A DNA stretch of 64,000 bases, from contig NC_092387.1 of NCBI RefSeq assembly GCF_030028105.1, forward strand, positions 8,337,305-8,401,304, given 5' to 3'. Each line of letters starts with the position of its first letter. Positions within the stretch are counted from its first letter, which is position 1. This DNA comes from Mobula birostris. Lineage: Eukaryota. This document shows, one piece after another, positions 1-12,779 of this stretch. The translations under genes and the position numbers were made by a program. The notes under the pieces are model-generated. The model saw only the letters and a list, made by a program, of their open reading frames with translations, searched no databases and was not told where the DNA came from.

Positions 1-1200
1 CCTGCAGCTGGACCATAGCCTTCCACACCCCTCACATCCATGTAACTATACAAATTTCTTTTAAATGTTGAAATTGAACCTGCAACCACCACTTCCACTG
101 GCAGCTCGTTCCAAGCTCACACCACACTGAGTGAAGTTCACCTTCACATTCACCTTTCACCTTTAACCTATGACCTTGCTCACCTCTCACCCCACCTCAG
201 CGGAAAAAGCCTCTTTGTGTTTACCCTATCCATATACCTCACCTCTATCAAATCTCCCCTCATTCTCCGATGCTCCAGGGAATAATGTCCTAACCTACTC
301 AACCTTTTCCCATAGCTCAGGTCCTCAAGTCCTGACAACATTCTTGTCAATTTTCCCTGCTTGCTTTCAATCTTATTTACATCTTTCCTGTAGATCAGTG
401 ACCCAAACTGCACAAAACTCTCCAAATTAGGCCTCATCAAAGTTTTGTACAACTTCAACATAACATCTCAACTCCGGTACTCAGTACTTTGAGTTGTGAA
501 GGGCAATGTTCCAAATGCTCTGTTTACAACCCTATCCACATGTGATGCCACCTTCGAGGAATATTCCCAGATCACCGTGTTCTACCACACTCCTCAGTGC
601 TCTGTGTTCACTGCTTGTTCTCCCAAAGTGCATGACGTGTTTGCAACATGGCAGTTTCAAGCACACGCAGGCAAGTCCAAGTTTGTGTGTAACCCAGTCA
701 CTGACCAGAAGTGGGTCCGCCTAGGTTTCATTACAGAGGATAGAATGTCTTGTAACGCCTGCTTCCCACCTTCCAGTCTTCGAAAACTTCACCAGTGGCT
801 AACGATGAAGCAAATCTCTCTGGCCTCCCTCAGAGTCAGAGGATGCACTCGGTTAGGCCTGAAGGATTTATCCACTTTAATGCGCTGCAAGGCTGCAAAT
901 ACTCCCTGCTGATGATATGAAAGTCATTCAAAACATCTCAACTTGTCATTGTCTCTTGAGAAACCATGTAAACACCAAGAAATATTTGTTAAGAAATCCC
1001 ACCCATCTCCTTAGCTTGAAACGTAGTTGGCCTGTTGATCTCCAAGGAGACCTACTCTCCCCCTCACCACCCTTTCAATTTAGCTGTAGAATCTCATGGG
1101 ATTGTCCTTGACTTTACCTGCCAGATCTATCTCACAGCCTCTCTTTGCCCCCTTGATTTCTCTCTTAAAGAGTATTCGCGATGTTTTTATATACACTTTT
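1..1200 (-). mobile_element. Degenerate, internally deleted CR1 LINE (3' part of ORF2)
   Basis: Minus ORF 180-461 LKLYKTLMRPNLE..VQFGS..YRKD..RRMRGDLIEV matches the CR1 ORF2 C-terminus; boundaries approximate. Confidence 0.8.
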
Positions 1201-2169
1201 GTTGCTCCCCCTCCTCTGGTGAAGATCTAAATTAGTAGTTTTGTTTCTTTCTCCATAGATGCTGCCTTCCTGCTGAGTATTTCCTACAACCTTCATCTTA
1301 CTGCACACTGCGGTCAGCTGCTGTGTTTTGATTTCAAAGAACCACTTGTTTATCGTGCTTGAGGGCAGGTGGTTCCTTTGAGGCAGTCCTCACAAATGCA
1401 AGATGCCAGACCTTTGTGTTTCCTTCTCCCCTGGGTTTAGTGATGCACCACAGGGTGATGCTTTTTGGTGTTAATGTAAGTGTTCACTCTGATGGGAACC
1501 CGACCTCGTGACCAGCAGATGTGATACTGCAACAGGGATCACACTTAGGGCTGCCCTTCAGCATTCATGAATGAAGGAGCGACAATATAGTACAACACAG
1601 AACAGGCCCTTCAGCCCACAATGCTATGCTGACCTTTTTAACCTACTCCAAGATCAATCTAACTCCTCACTCTCAAATAGCCCTCTATTTTTCTTTCATC
1701 CATGAAACAGATCTAAGGGTCTCTTAAATGTCCCTAATGCATCTACCTCTATCACCAGACCTGGCAGCTCGTTCCATGCACCCACCACACACTGTAAAAA
1801 AAACTACCTCTGACAGACATCCCCCTATACTTTCCTCCAATCACCTACTTGTATTAGCCAATTCTGCCCTGGGAAAAAGTTTCTGGCTGACCAGTCAGTC
1901 TCTGAATCTTATCATCTTGAAATTATAACACTGAACTTTACTCTTCCCACTCCTGAAGTTATAAGAACATACGAAATAGGAGCAGCAGTCGGCCATCTGA
2001 CCTGTCGAGTCTGCTCCACCATTACTGATCTGGCTGTGGACTCTGCTCCCCATACCTGAAATGCACACAGTACTTAAGGTACCCTGAACAGCTGAAACAT
2101 CACCTCCTTGCTTAGCTCCAGGAGTGGGAAACTTCGCCCAAAGATTTAACAAGTTCCAAATGAGTTAAT

Positions 2170-3325
2170 GAATTAGGTGCCATAATCAAAGACCCACCCA
2201 TCCAGGACAATTCCTCCTTGCCCCTCCCAACAGGCAGAAGAATCAAAAGCCTGAAAGCAGATACCACCAGGCCCAAGGACACTGTCCCACTGTTATAAAC
2301 TATTAAATAGTCCCCAACAACAACAGGACTTCTGACTGCAATCTACCTTGTTATGATCTTGTACCTTATTGTTTACCTCTGTAGTTATTACACTTTATTC
2401 TGCATTCCTTGTTCGACCTCAGTGTACCGTGGAATGACATGTTCAGTATGAACAAGACAAGGTTGTTCACTGTACCAGAAGACACTGGAGCACAGTTAGG
2501 CCATTTGGCTCTTTCAGTTTTCTTCACCTTTCGATCATGGCTGATTTATTATCCCTCTAAACTCCATTCTCCTGCCTTCTTCCCATCACTTTTGACACTG
2601 TTATTAATCCAGAATCTCTCAACTTCAGTGTTAAATAGCCTCCACAGCCATCTAAAGTTTAAATAAAATGTATTATCAGAGTACACACATGTCACCACAT
2701 ACAACCCCGAGATTCCTTCTCCTATAGAACAGTAGCTGTGAACAGGATCAATGAGCAACGACCTGTGCAAACCCAAATATAAATAAATAGCAATAAATAA
2801 CAAGCTTGAAATAACAGGATAAAGAGTCCTTAAAGTGCGATCATTAGTTGTGGGAAAACCAGAAACAGAATGAGTGTAGTCTTCCCCTTCTGTTCAAGAG
2901 CCTGATGGTTGAGAGGTAGTAACTGTTACTGAACCTGGGGCTCCTGTACCTTCTACCTGATAGCAGCAGCAAGAAGAGAGCATGGCCTGGGTGGTGAGGA
3001 TCTCTGATGCTGCTTTTCTGTGGTAAGGTTTCATGTAGATGTACTCGGTGGCTGGGAGGGCTTCACCCGTGGTGCACTGGGCCGAATCCACTGCCTTTTG
3101 TACGATTTTCTGCTCAAAGGCATTGTTGTTCCCATACCAGGCCGCAATGCAGCCCGTCACCACACTTTCCACCACACATCTATAGAAGTTTGACGAGGTT
3201 TTCAATGACGTGCTGAATCTCCAGACTCCCGAGGAAATAGAGGTGCTGTTGTGCTTTCCTTGCAATTACTTTTATATGATGGGTCCAGGACAGGTCCTCT
3301 GAGATAGTGACACCCAGGAATTTAA
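2170..3325. mobile_element. Rex1/Babar-type LINE 3' fragments (about 2170-2480 plus, about 2655-3325 minus)
   Basis: NFYRCVVESVVTGCIAAWYGN in ORF 2894-3265; the same 3' tail recurs elsewhere in the window. Confidence 0.75.
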
Positions 3326-3737
3326 TTTTTTTTATGTTCTAATTCCACAGTGTGAATCCAATACCCTCTGGCTAAAGAAATTCCTCCTCATCTCTGTTAT
3401 AAAGGGACGTCCTTCTATTCTGAGGCTGCGCCCTCTGGTCTTAGACTCTCCCACTACAGGAAACATCCACTGTATCTAGGTCTTTCAATATTTGGTAGAT
3501 TTTAAAGAGATTTTCCTCATTCTTTTAAACTCCAGCAAGTACAGGATCAGATCCAAACCCTCCTCTTGCATTGCCCTTTCATTCCCGTAATCATTCTCAT
3601 GAACCTCCCCCAGACCCTCTCCAGTGCCGCACATCTTTCCCTAGATAGAGGGCCCCAAAACTGCTCACAAAACTCCAAATGCCATCTGACCTCGGTGCAT
3701 GTGGCTGTAACAAACCAGTTCCAAGTCACTATCTCAC

Positions 3738-3788
3738 CTGATACTCAGTGAGCTGTTCCTTGGAGAGCTGGCTTGCTGACACCCCCAT
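3738..3788 (-). CDS. CIB1: Calcium- and integrin-binding protein 1, first coding exon (whole exon 3738-3851; remaining exons not found in the window)
   Basis: Encodes MGVSASQLSKEQLTEYQ, matching the CIB1 N-terminus (human MGGSGSRLSKELLAEYQ, recalled) with an MGxxxS myristoylation motif; phase-0 donor CAG|GTGAG at 3737; acceptor tttccctttcag| at 3852; neighbours GDPGP1 and TTLL13 as in human. Confidence 0.88.
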
Positions 3789-4036
3789 GATCACAGAAGC
3801 TCCAAACTTTCCAGATCCCCTGTGATCTCGGATCCTCCAGAGCCTCGTTACCTGAAAGGGAAACCAACAGGTTAGCGTGGGTTTGTCCTGCGCAGGCACA
3901 ACTGGAGACTGGATAACAGGCTGGGTGGCTGCACAGGGTCGATGGCTAAGGCTGCAAGGTTTACAGCGACACAAGAGATGCTGGAAATCCGGAGCAAAAC
4001 AAGTAGGAGGAATTCAGCAGGTCAGGCAGCATGTGG

Positions 4037-4391
4037 AGGCCCTGCGTTGATCGGGGTCGAACATGGATGTTGTATCCTATCTGCATGATACACAAGCCAG
4101 GTCACTCCGACGTGGAGAGCAAGCTGTTGCCCATGCAGTGGACTCCCCCCTCTCCAACCAGCTGACGAGTCCAAAGGGACGGCGGAGACTGATACAGTCT
4201 GGCAGGAGATACCAGTCAGTGTGGAGTTCCACGTGGAACTGCCTGAGGGAGTCCAGCCCCGGACTTTTCCTTGGGGTTTACCCCTGAATGCTTCCACGTG
4301 AGCGGGTGTAGCTGCAAGGCAGCGGAGGTTTGAGATCAGAATTTTCCTTCTAGATGAGCTGCTGGAACCCCGTCAGCCCAAAGCAGCGACT
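4037..4391 (-). mobile_element. Non-autonomous RTE-type element, family A, 5'-truncated copy
   Basis: Reverse complement aligns by eye with the copies at 11980-12525 and 60706-61280. Confidence 0.65.
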
Positions 4392-6754
4392 ATTTATTTC
4401 TCTCCATAGATTTGCTGAGTTCCCCCACCATCTTGTGTGTCAGCAGCTGCGTCACCTGGGACGAAGAGAAAGAGCTTGAATCACCTAATGCAAAAAACAC
4501 TAGGTAAGAGATAAGCAGACTGTTCGGCCCATCAAGCCTGCTGTACCTCTCAGTCATGGCTGATTTTGCACACGAAGGCCACCACACTGACTGATCCCCA
4601 AATTCCCCAAACACTACCAGTCTCAGCCTTGCACTCACGTGGGGAGCACCTGCCCTCTGGACCACAGAATTCCCAGGATCGACAGTCAGGAACTTCCTCC
4701 ACACTTATGCTGACCCAGCCTCACAAACATGGTTGAATTTTTCACGGAAATGATGAAAGTAGAGCAGTTTATATGGATTTTATGTTCAGTTCTGATCACA
4801 TCATAAAAAGGAAAGATGTGGAAGGTTTAGGGAGGGTGCAGATGAGATTTATCAGGACGCTGATTGGATCAGAGATCTTGTATAATGAGGGTAGGTTGAG
4901 GGAGCTGGGGCTTTCCTCCTTGGAGCAAAGGAGGACGAGAGGTGACTTGACAGAGCAGTACACGATAAGAGTCATAGATTGAGTGGCAAACCAGAGACGT
5001 TTTCCCAAGGCGGAAATGGCTAATACAAGGGGCATCATTTTATGTTGATTGGAGGAAGGCATATTGGGGGAATGTCAGAGGTAGGTTGTTTTAACAAACA
5101 CAGAGTGGTCTGTGAGTGGAATGTATTACCAGGGATGGTGGTGGAGCCAGAAATGTTCAGGACATTCATGGGATTTTGATAGGCAGATGGATGAAAGAAA
5201 AATTCAGAGGCAAGGGATAGTTTTTGTCACTATCTTTAACACCCTCCATAGACAGGAACACACACACTCGTGCTCACCTCTAGGGACAGAGAGGCACACA
5301 CACGGCCTCACACAGAGCTATCCTGACATTTGATACGTAGACACTAACTGGAAGGCGAGGGATGAGAGTGTGGTGAGAGACACTAATGGCTTTGCTAGAA
5401 AGCATCATTTATTATTAATCTGTTCAGTGATACTGGATCTTGTTATAAAGAATGCAACGCAATGCAAATGTTTCCACTGCCAGCTCTTCCTGTGAGTAAA
5501 GCTGACTGCGAACCTCAGCCAAGGCATGGGTTTCGATCTTCAGAGTCCGAGGGCAGGGAGAAGGGAAGAGAAATCAATCGTACTTCCCGGACAGAACGGG
5601 TTTTAATTGTCGCTCAGCGACCCCTGCCCAGTCAGCCGGATCTGTGAGGTGCGAGATCCAGGGCTTTGACGTGGTGACAAGCAAAGCACCGAAGATTCAC
5701 AGCAAGGGGGCTCTTCGGCCCATCACCCATACTAGCACAAATGGATCTCTACATTTCTCCATTTCCCAGCTCTCAGTCCATAGCCCAATGTACAGTGGGG
5801 AGGGGCACAACTCCAGCACCCCCAGGCCTACAGGTAAAACCATTACTAGTCTAGAGGTAAAACCTCTTCCTCACTATCAAGGGCATCTTGAAGGGTCAGT
5901 GCCTTGAGAAGGAGGCGTCCATCACTGAAGACCGACATCATCGAGACATGTCCATGGTGGGGGGGGCAGGAGGGGGTACAGGAGCATGAAGACCCACACT
6001 CAATGAGCTAAGAAAAGCTTCTTCCTCTCTGCCATCAGATTTCTGAATGACCACCTCACTATTTTTGCTGTCCTGTTGTGCTGCTCACTATACATTTCTT
6101 ATTGTAACTATAGTTCTCTTTATTGCAATGTACTGCTGCGAAATAACAAAAAATTTCACAACATATGCCTGTGATACTAAACCTGATTCTGATTCCAATA
6201 GACATCAACAAATCCTTTCACACAGCAATGAATTTAGTCTTAGGAATGTTACCAGTGACTAACTTCATTCTGTTCCACTGCTCAAGATTCTGACCGATTT
6301 AACACACTTACAGTGAAACACAGTGAAATGTGTCGTTTCATGGGTTGCTGGGGGCAGTCTGCAAGGGTCACCACACATTCTGACATCGACATTCACGATG
6401 CTTGGCAGAACACAATGATATGGCATATTCACAGTGCTCGGCAGAACACAATAACAGCGAAACAAGTCCCGTCCTTCCCTCCCATCCAGGCGTATACACA
6501 GTCCACTAACTCCACAACAAAACAGCTTCCCCGGCCTCCAGTAGACTCTGAATTAGACCCAGACGTGCGGACATTAGACATTTGACTACATCCTTGGAAA
6601 TGCCCCCTCCTCTTCCAGCAGCCCCACCCACACTAAATACCTCCTCCACCTTGCAGCCAAGAGGAATCATTTTAAACATGTGCCCCTAAAATAAATCTGA
6701 CAAATTTTGTACCCCTACACAACTCCCAGGCTGAATCCCAAAGAATCCCTCCGC

Positions 6755-7075
6755 TGCTCAGGGTTAACCATAGACGTTGTGTCCTAGCTGTCTATGTTTC
6801 AGTATGCAAGCAAGCTAGTGTAATCAATATGAAGAGAAGCTGTATGGACTCTGATTTCCCAGCTCTCACCTGCCCGCAGCCAATGGTCTTAAGGCACCAG
6901 TAACCCAAATTTGCCCCTTCTCTCGTTAGTAGAAATGGTTCTGCCATGGTAACTGGCTAAGCCACAGGAGCTGGGCTTGGTTGTCAGATTCATGCATTGG
7001 GAGCATTTAATAGGTAGTGGGAGATCATCCCTACTACCCCAACCTTCCCCAGCTATGACAGCCTTAAGGAACCGA
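6755..7075 (-). mobile_element. Non-autonomous RTE-type element, family A, internally deleted copy
   Basis: Carries the family 5' end (ctcccactacctattaaatgctcccaatg) and 3' end on the minus strand. Confidence 0.6.
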
Positions 7076-7240
7076 ACAGTAATATAGCATTGAACACCTT
7101 CTTTCCCACTGTTATACGATTACTGAATAGTCCCCTAGCACAATAAGATGAACTCAAGTCTTCACAATCTACCCTGTTACTGCTTTGCACCTATGGAAGG
7201 GAGAAGCTAAAGTCAGATGTGTCAGTATTACAGTGGAGTA

Positions 7241-7564
7241 GTGTGGGCACGTGGCCAAGTGGTTAAGGCATTGGACTAGCTACCTGAAGGTTGTGAGTTC
7301 GAGCCCCAGCCGAGGGGACGTGTTGTGTCCTTGAGCAAGACACTTAATCACACATTGCTCTGTGACGACACTGGTGCCAAGCTGTATGGGTCCTAGTGCC
7401 CTTCCCTTGGACAACATTGGTGCCGTGGAGAGGGGAGACTTGCAGCATGGGCAACTGCTGGTCTTCCATACAACCTTGCCCAGGCCTGCACCCTGGAGAG
7501 TGAAGAGTTTCCAGGCGCAGATCCATGGTCTCGCAAGACTAACGGATGCCTTTACTTTACTTTA
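7241..7564 (+). mobile_element. tRNA-derived SINE with RTE-like 3' end and (TTTAC)n tail
   Basis: A box TGGCCAAGTGG, B box GTTCGAGCC; target duplication cagtggagta at 7231-7240 and 7565-7574; splits a CR1 coding stretch. Confidence 0.9.
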
Positions 7565-8214
7565 CAGTGGAGTAAATGGAACTACAGAGGCATGAGGGAG
7601 GAGCTGGCCAAAGCTGATTGGAAGGGATCTGGCAGGGACGACGACACAGCAGCAAAGGCTGCTGTTCCTGGAAGCAATCAGAAGGCAGAGGATAGATACA
7701 TTCCACAGTAGTATTCCAAAGGCAGTTTGATCCAACCATGGCTGACAAGGAAAGTCAAAGCCATCATGAAAGCAAAAGAGAGGACATACAATAATAGAGG
7801 AAATATTAGTGGGAAATTAGAGGATTGGAAAGCTTTTAAAAACCAACAGAAGACAATTAAAAAACCGTAACGTGGGAAAAGATGAAATATGAAGGTAAGC
7901 TAGCTAATAATATCAGAGAGAATACCAGAAGTTTTTTTTCAGATATATAAGTAAAAGAGAGGCAAGGGTGAATATTGGACCACTGGAAAACGACGCTGGA
8001 GATATGGTAACTGGGGGGGGGGGGGGGGGGGGGGAGGGGTGCAAGAAAATGCTGGACAAACTGAATAAGTATTTTGAATCAGTCTTCACTGAGGAAGACA
8101 CTGTTCAAGTGTGTTAGGGGACAGAAGTGAGTGCAATTACTATTACTAAGGAGAAGGCGCTTGGGAAACTGAATGGTCTGAATGTAGATAAGTGAGTGCT
8201 GAAGGCAGATAAAC

Positions 8215-8360
8215 CAGGTCCCCACTTTCCTCCCACAGTCCAAAGTCGTACCGGTTGGTAGGTGAATTGTCCCGCGATTACGCTCAGATTAAATGTGGGG
8301 ATTGCTGGGTGGCACGGCTCAAAGGGATAATTCCACACTGGCCCTCAATAAATAAATAAA
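8215..8360 (+). mobile_element. HE1/V-SINE-like fragment (other copies near 19530-19765, 23130-23390, 43545-43810, 46600-46880, 47180-47480, 60160-60465)
   Basis: tttcctcccacagtccaaag core followed by a (taaa)n tail; recurs through the window. Confidence 0.7.
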
Positions 8361-10112
8361 CGATCAAGTCACCTGAACCAAATGGACTACGCCCCAAGGG
8401 TTCTGCAAGAGGCAGCTGACAAGATTGCAGAGGCACTAATTATCTTTCAAGAATCAATAAATTCTGGAATGGTTCCAGAAGACTGGAAAATTGCAAATGT
8501 AACTCCATTCTTCAAGAAGAGAAGGTGGCAGAAGAAAGGAAATTATAGTCTGACCTCAGTGGTCGGAAAGAAGTTAGAGTCGCAGGTACCCCAATTGTTT
8601 GGGTTACTTGGAGGCGTATGATAAAATAGACTGTAGTCAGCATGGTTTCCTTAAGGGAAGATCTTGTTTGACAAATCTGTTGCAATCTTTGAGGAACTAA
8701 CAGCCAGGACAGACAAAGTAGAATCAGTGGATGTCGTGTACTTGGATTTTCAGAAGGTCTTTAACAAGGCGCTGCACAAGCGGCTACTTAGCAAGGTGAG
8801 AGCCCATGGTATTACAGGGAAGATACTAGCATTTGCTGATTGGCAGGAGGCAAAGCGTGGGAATAAAGGGGACCTTTTCTGATTGGCTGCCAGTGACTAG
8901 TGGTGGTCCGCAGGGTTCGGTGTTGGGACAGCTTCTTTTTCCATTAGTTGTCAATAATTTGGATGATGGAATTGATGGCTTTGTGGCCAAATTTGTGGAT
9001 GGTACAAAGATAGGTGGAGAGACAGATAGTGTTGAGAAAGCAGGGAGGCTGCAGGACTTGGACAGATTAGGAGAATGGGCAAACAAGGGACAGACAGAGT
9101 ACAGTGGTAGAAGGAACAGTGTAGACTATTTCCTAAATGGGGAGAAAATTCAAAAATCCAAGTTACAAAGGGACTTGGGAGTCCTCCTGCAGGACTCCAC
9201 GGATGTCAGCTTGGAGGCCGAGTCAGTGGTGAGAAAAGCAAATGCAATGTTAGCTTTCATTTCAAGAGGACCAGAATATACAGACAAGGACGTAATACTG
9301 AGGCTCTATAGGCACTGGTGAGGCCTCACTTGGAGTATTGTGAGCGGTTTTGGGCTCTTTATCTAAGAAAGGATGTGCTGACATTGGAGAGGGTTCAGAG
9401 GTGTTTCCAGGAACAAAAGACTTAGGTTTGTACTCATTGTAATTTAGAAGAATGGGGGAAGATCTCATTGAAACCTATCGAATGTCAAAAGGACTATACA
9501 GAGTAAATGTTTCCTACAGTGGGGGAAGCTAGGGCCAGAGGGACAGCCTCAGAATCGAGGGATGTCCATTTAAAACAGAGATGAGGAGAAATTTCTTTAA
9601 CCAGAGGGTGGTGAATCTATGCAATTCATCGGTACAGGCAACGGTAGAGATCAAGTCACTGAGTATATTTAAAATGGAGGTTAAAAGATTCTTGATTAGT
9701 CAGGACGTCAAAGATCACGGGGAGGAGCAGAACGGGGTTGATAGGTATAATAAATCAGCCATGATGGAATGGCAGAGCAGACTCGATGAGTGGAATGGCC
9801 TAATTTGCTCCCATGTTTCATAGTCTTAAAAATTACACAAAAATTGAAAATCAGAAGAAAAATTTGGGACCTTAGACAATAATATTGCAGATAGCCGAGC
9901 CTAAAATGAATTCACAATGGTGAAAGTCGATATGAAGGGGATGGGCAAATAGACTTGTCTGCCCACATGAAATTTACAACATAGAAGCTGCCAATTGGCC
10001 CATCGAGCCAATACTAGTGCCCAGAGCAGTCCCAACAGTCCCACTTAGTTCTGCCCAAAAGTGAATCTCGTCCACATGACAGTCACTGCCCCATCCCTCC
10101 TGCCCCCACGTA

Positions 10113-11728
10113 CAGTGGCACGCAAAAGTTTGGGCACCCCTGGTCAAAGTTGATTTTACTGTGAATAGTTAAGCGAATAAAAGATTACCTGATTTCCAAA
10201 AGGCATAAAGTTAAAGATGACACATTTCTCTAATATTTTAAGATTACTCTTTTATTTCCATCTTTTACAGTTTCAAAATAACATAAAAGGAAAAAGGCCT
10301 GAAGCAAAAGTTTGGGCACCCTGCATGGTCAGTACCTCCTGACACCCCCTTTGGCAAGTATCACAGCTTGTAAACGCTTTCTGTAGCCAGCTAAGAGTCT
10401 TTCAATTCTTGTTTGGGGGATTTTCACCCTTTCTTCCTTGCAAAAGGCTTCTAGTTCTGTGAGGTTCTTAGGCTGTCTTGCATGCACTGCTCTTTTGAGG
10501 TCTATCCACAGATTCTCGATGATGTTTAGGTCGGGGGACTGTGAGGGCCATGGCAAAACCTTCAGCTTGCACCTCTTGAGGTAGTCCATTGTGGATTTTG
10601 AGGTGGGTTTAGGATCATTATCCTGTTGTAGAAGCCGTCCTCTTTTCATCTTCAGCTTTTTCATAGACAGCGTGATGTTTGTTTCCAGAATTTGCTGGTA
10701 TTTAATTGAATTCATTCTTTCCTCTACCAGTGAAATGTTCCCCGTGCCACTGGCTGCAACACAAGCCCAAAGCATGATCGATCTACCCCAGTGCTTAACA
10801 GTTGGAGAGGTGTTCTTTTCATGAAATTCTGCACCCTTTTTTCTCCAAACATACCTTTGCTCATTGCGACCAAAAAGTTCTATTTTAACTTCATCAGTCC
10901 ACAGGACTTGTTTCCAAAATGCATCAGGCTTGTTTAGATGTTCCTTTGCAAACCTCTGACGCTGAATTTTGTGGTGAGGACGCAGGAAAGGTTTTCTTCT
11001 GATGACTCTTCCATGAAGGTCATATTTGTGCAGGTGTTGCTGCACAGTAGAACAGTGTACCACCACTCCAGAGTCTGCTAAATCTTCCTGAAGGTCTTTT
11101 GCAGTCAAACGGGGGTTTTGATTTCCCTTTCTAGCAACCCTACGAGCAGTTCTCTTGGAAAGTTTTCTTGGTCTCCTAGACCTCAACTTAACCTCCATCG
11201 TTCCTGTTAACTGCCATTTCTCAATTACATTATGAACTGAGGAAACGGCTACCTGAAAACGCTTTGCTATATTCTTATAGCCTTCTCCTGCTTTGTGGGC
11301 ATCATTTATTTTAATTTTCAGAGTGCTAGGCAGCTGCTTAGAGGAGCCCATGGCTGCTGATCGTTGGGACAAGGTTTGAGGAGTCAGGTATTTATAAAGC
11401 TTTGAAATTTGCATCACCTGGCCTTTCCTAACGATGACTGTGAACAAGCCATAGCCCTAACAAGCTAATTAAGGTCTGAGACCTTGGTAAAAGTTATCTG
11501 AGAACTCAATCTCTTGGGGTGCCCAAACTTTTGCATGGTGCTCCTTTCCTTTTTTTCACTCTAAAATTGTACAAAACAAAAATAATACACTAATCTTGCT
11601 TAAAATGTTGAAAAGAATGTTTCATCTTTAACTTTATGACTTTTGGAGATCAGTTCATCTTCTACTCACTTAACTATTCACAGTAACAGAAATTTTGACC
11701 AGGGAGCACAAACCTTTGCATGCCACTG
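10113..11728 (-). mobile_element. Full-length Tc1 DNA transposon, IR/DR type, 1616 bp
   Basis: TA target duplication at 10111-10112 and 11729-11730; termini CAGTGGCA..TGCCACTG; inverted repeats of about 210 bp with inner direct repeats at 10304-10321 and 11517-11534. Confidence 0.96.
10329..11351 (-). CDS. Tc1 DD34E transposase, 340 aa, open frame
   Basis: ATG at 11351 (MGSSKQL); VLWTDE, QQDND and SPDLNIIE motifs with 34 residues between the second D and the E. Confidence 0.92.
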   Translation of the reverse strand: MGSSKQLPSTLKIKINDAHKAGEGYKNIAKRFQVAVSSVHNVIEKWQLTGTMEVKLRSRRPRKLSKRTARRVARKGNQNPRLTAKDLQEDLADSGVVVHCSTVQQHLHKYDLHGRVIRRKPFLRPHHKIQRQRFAKEHLNKPDAFWKQVLWTDEVKIELFGRNEQRYVWRKKGAEFHEKNTSPTVKHWGRSIMLWACVAASGTGNISLVEERMNSIKYQQILETNITLSMKKLKMKRGRLLQQDNDPKPTSKSTMDYLKRCKLKVLPWPSQSPDLNIIENLWIDLKRAVHARQPKNLTELEAFCKEERVKIPQTRIERLLAGYRKRLQAVILAKGGVRRY

Positions 11729-11979
11729 TACATTAGGGGCAGCATCCAATGAGTTTCCCAGCGTGTCTTTGGGATGTGGGCAGAAAGCAGAGCACCAGGG
11801 GTGGGGGTGGTGTGGCCCACGGAGTCACAGGGGGACAGAGGTCAGGAGTGAACCTGGGTCCTAACAATCCACTGCTAACCTGTTTGTGATATTGGGGGTT
11901 TGAGAGGAGGTGAGAGATGGAGTGGAGAATGTTAACGGTTACTGTCTGGACGAGGGCCCTGTACTCCTCGTTCTACACA

Positions 11980-12525
11980 GTTCCAGAAGGTTGTTAGTGC
12001 CGGGGTGGTAATGGGGACAAGCTCCCACTACCTATTAAATACTCCCCAATGGTGTGTGTTTCAAATGGCCTCTGATAACCGAGCCCAGCGCCTGACCTTC
12101 ACACGTGCTTAGCGACTAAGCCTGGCAGAACTCTTCCCATCAACAGGAGAAGGGGCAAAGGCGGGTTACAGATGCCTTAAAACCAGTCGATTCGGGCAGA
12201 TGGCACTTGTCAGCCATCGCAGGCAAAATCTCGGATCTCAAACCCCTCCTGACTTGCACGGTACCACTCATGGGAAAGGTTTCAGGAGTAAACCCAGAGC
12301 TGGAGTCGCTGAGGCAGTCCCACGCTGACCGGCAACTCCTGTGACACCACTGGTGCCGAACTGTATCCGTCTCTGCCGTTCCTCTGGATTCATCAACTGC
12401 ACGGAGAGATGGGAGCCTGTTACATGGGAACAGCTTGCTCGCCATATCGTACTGCCCAGGATCGTGTACTGACTTAGACAGCTAGGACACACATCCATGG
12501 TCAACATTGACCAAGAAAGGCCTCA
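11980..12525 (+). mobile_element. Non-autonomous RTE-type element, family A, near full length
   Basis: RTE-like 5' UTR joined directly to a catccatggtcaac..ggcct 3' end; co-linear with 60706-61280. Confidence 0.65.
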
Positions 12526-12779
12526 ATTCTCAAACATTCCCCACCCACGTGTGCCCCCCTCCCCGAACCAGGTCCCACTGTTCCTCGTGAACACCCCACC
12601 CTCACTTGTCTTATGTCTTCCCAAAATATAACATCTCACACTTACCCAAATCAAACCTCAGGGCAGAAATGGCTAATACCAGAGACATAATTTTAAGGTG
12701 ATTGGATGACAGAGGCAAGTTTTTTGTTTTACACAGTAAGTGATCGATTAGTGGTAGTTAAGGCAGTCAGGTGCGTTTC

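Larger units (their letters stand above)
7195..9828 (+). mobile_element. Degenerate CR1 LINE ORF2 with nested SINE insertions
   Basis: VPEDWKIANVTP, VDVVYLDFQK, PQGSVLG and KFVDGTK motifs in broken frames; CR1 3' tail at about 9760-9828. Confidence 0.9.

Noticed and set aside
1-3737. Further CIB1 exons
   Set aside because: No LTFLTKQEIL-like exon found by eye; probably lies left of the window
7244-7315. tRNA gene (also 50950-51020)
   Set aside because: The tRNA-like head continues into a SINE body with tail and target duplication; no terminator or intact cloverleaf seen
8013-8039. Poly-G run as a functional G-quadruplex
   Set aside because: Homopolymer expansion within a dead CR1; length may also be a sequencing artefact
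10329-11447. 372-aa length for the transposase
   Set aside because: The ORF track starts at a non-ATG codon; the ATG at 11351 gives the 340 aa typical of Tc1
12060-12140. HDV-like ribozyme in the RTE-type 5' UTR
   Set aside because: A hairpin is present but I could not assemble the nested double pseudoknot by eye
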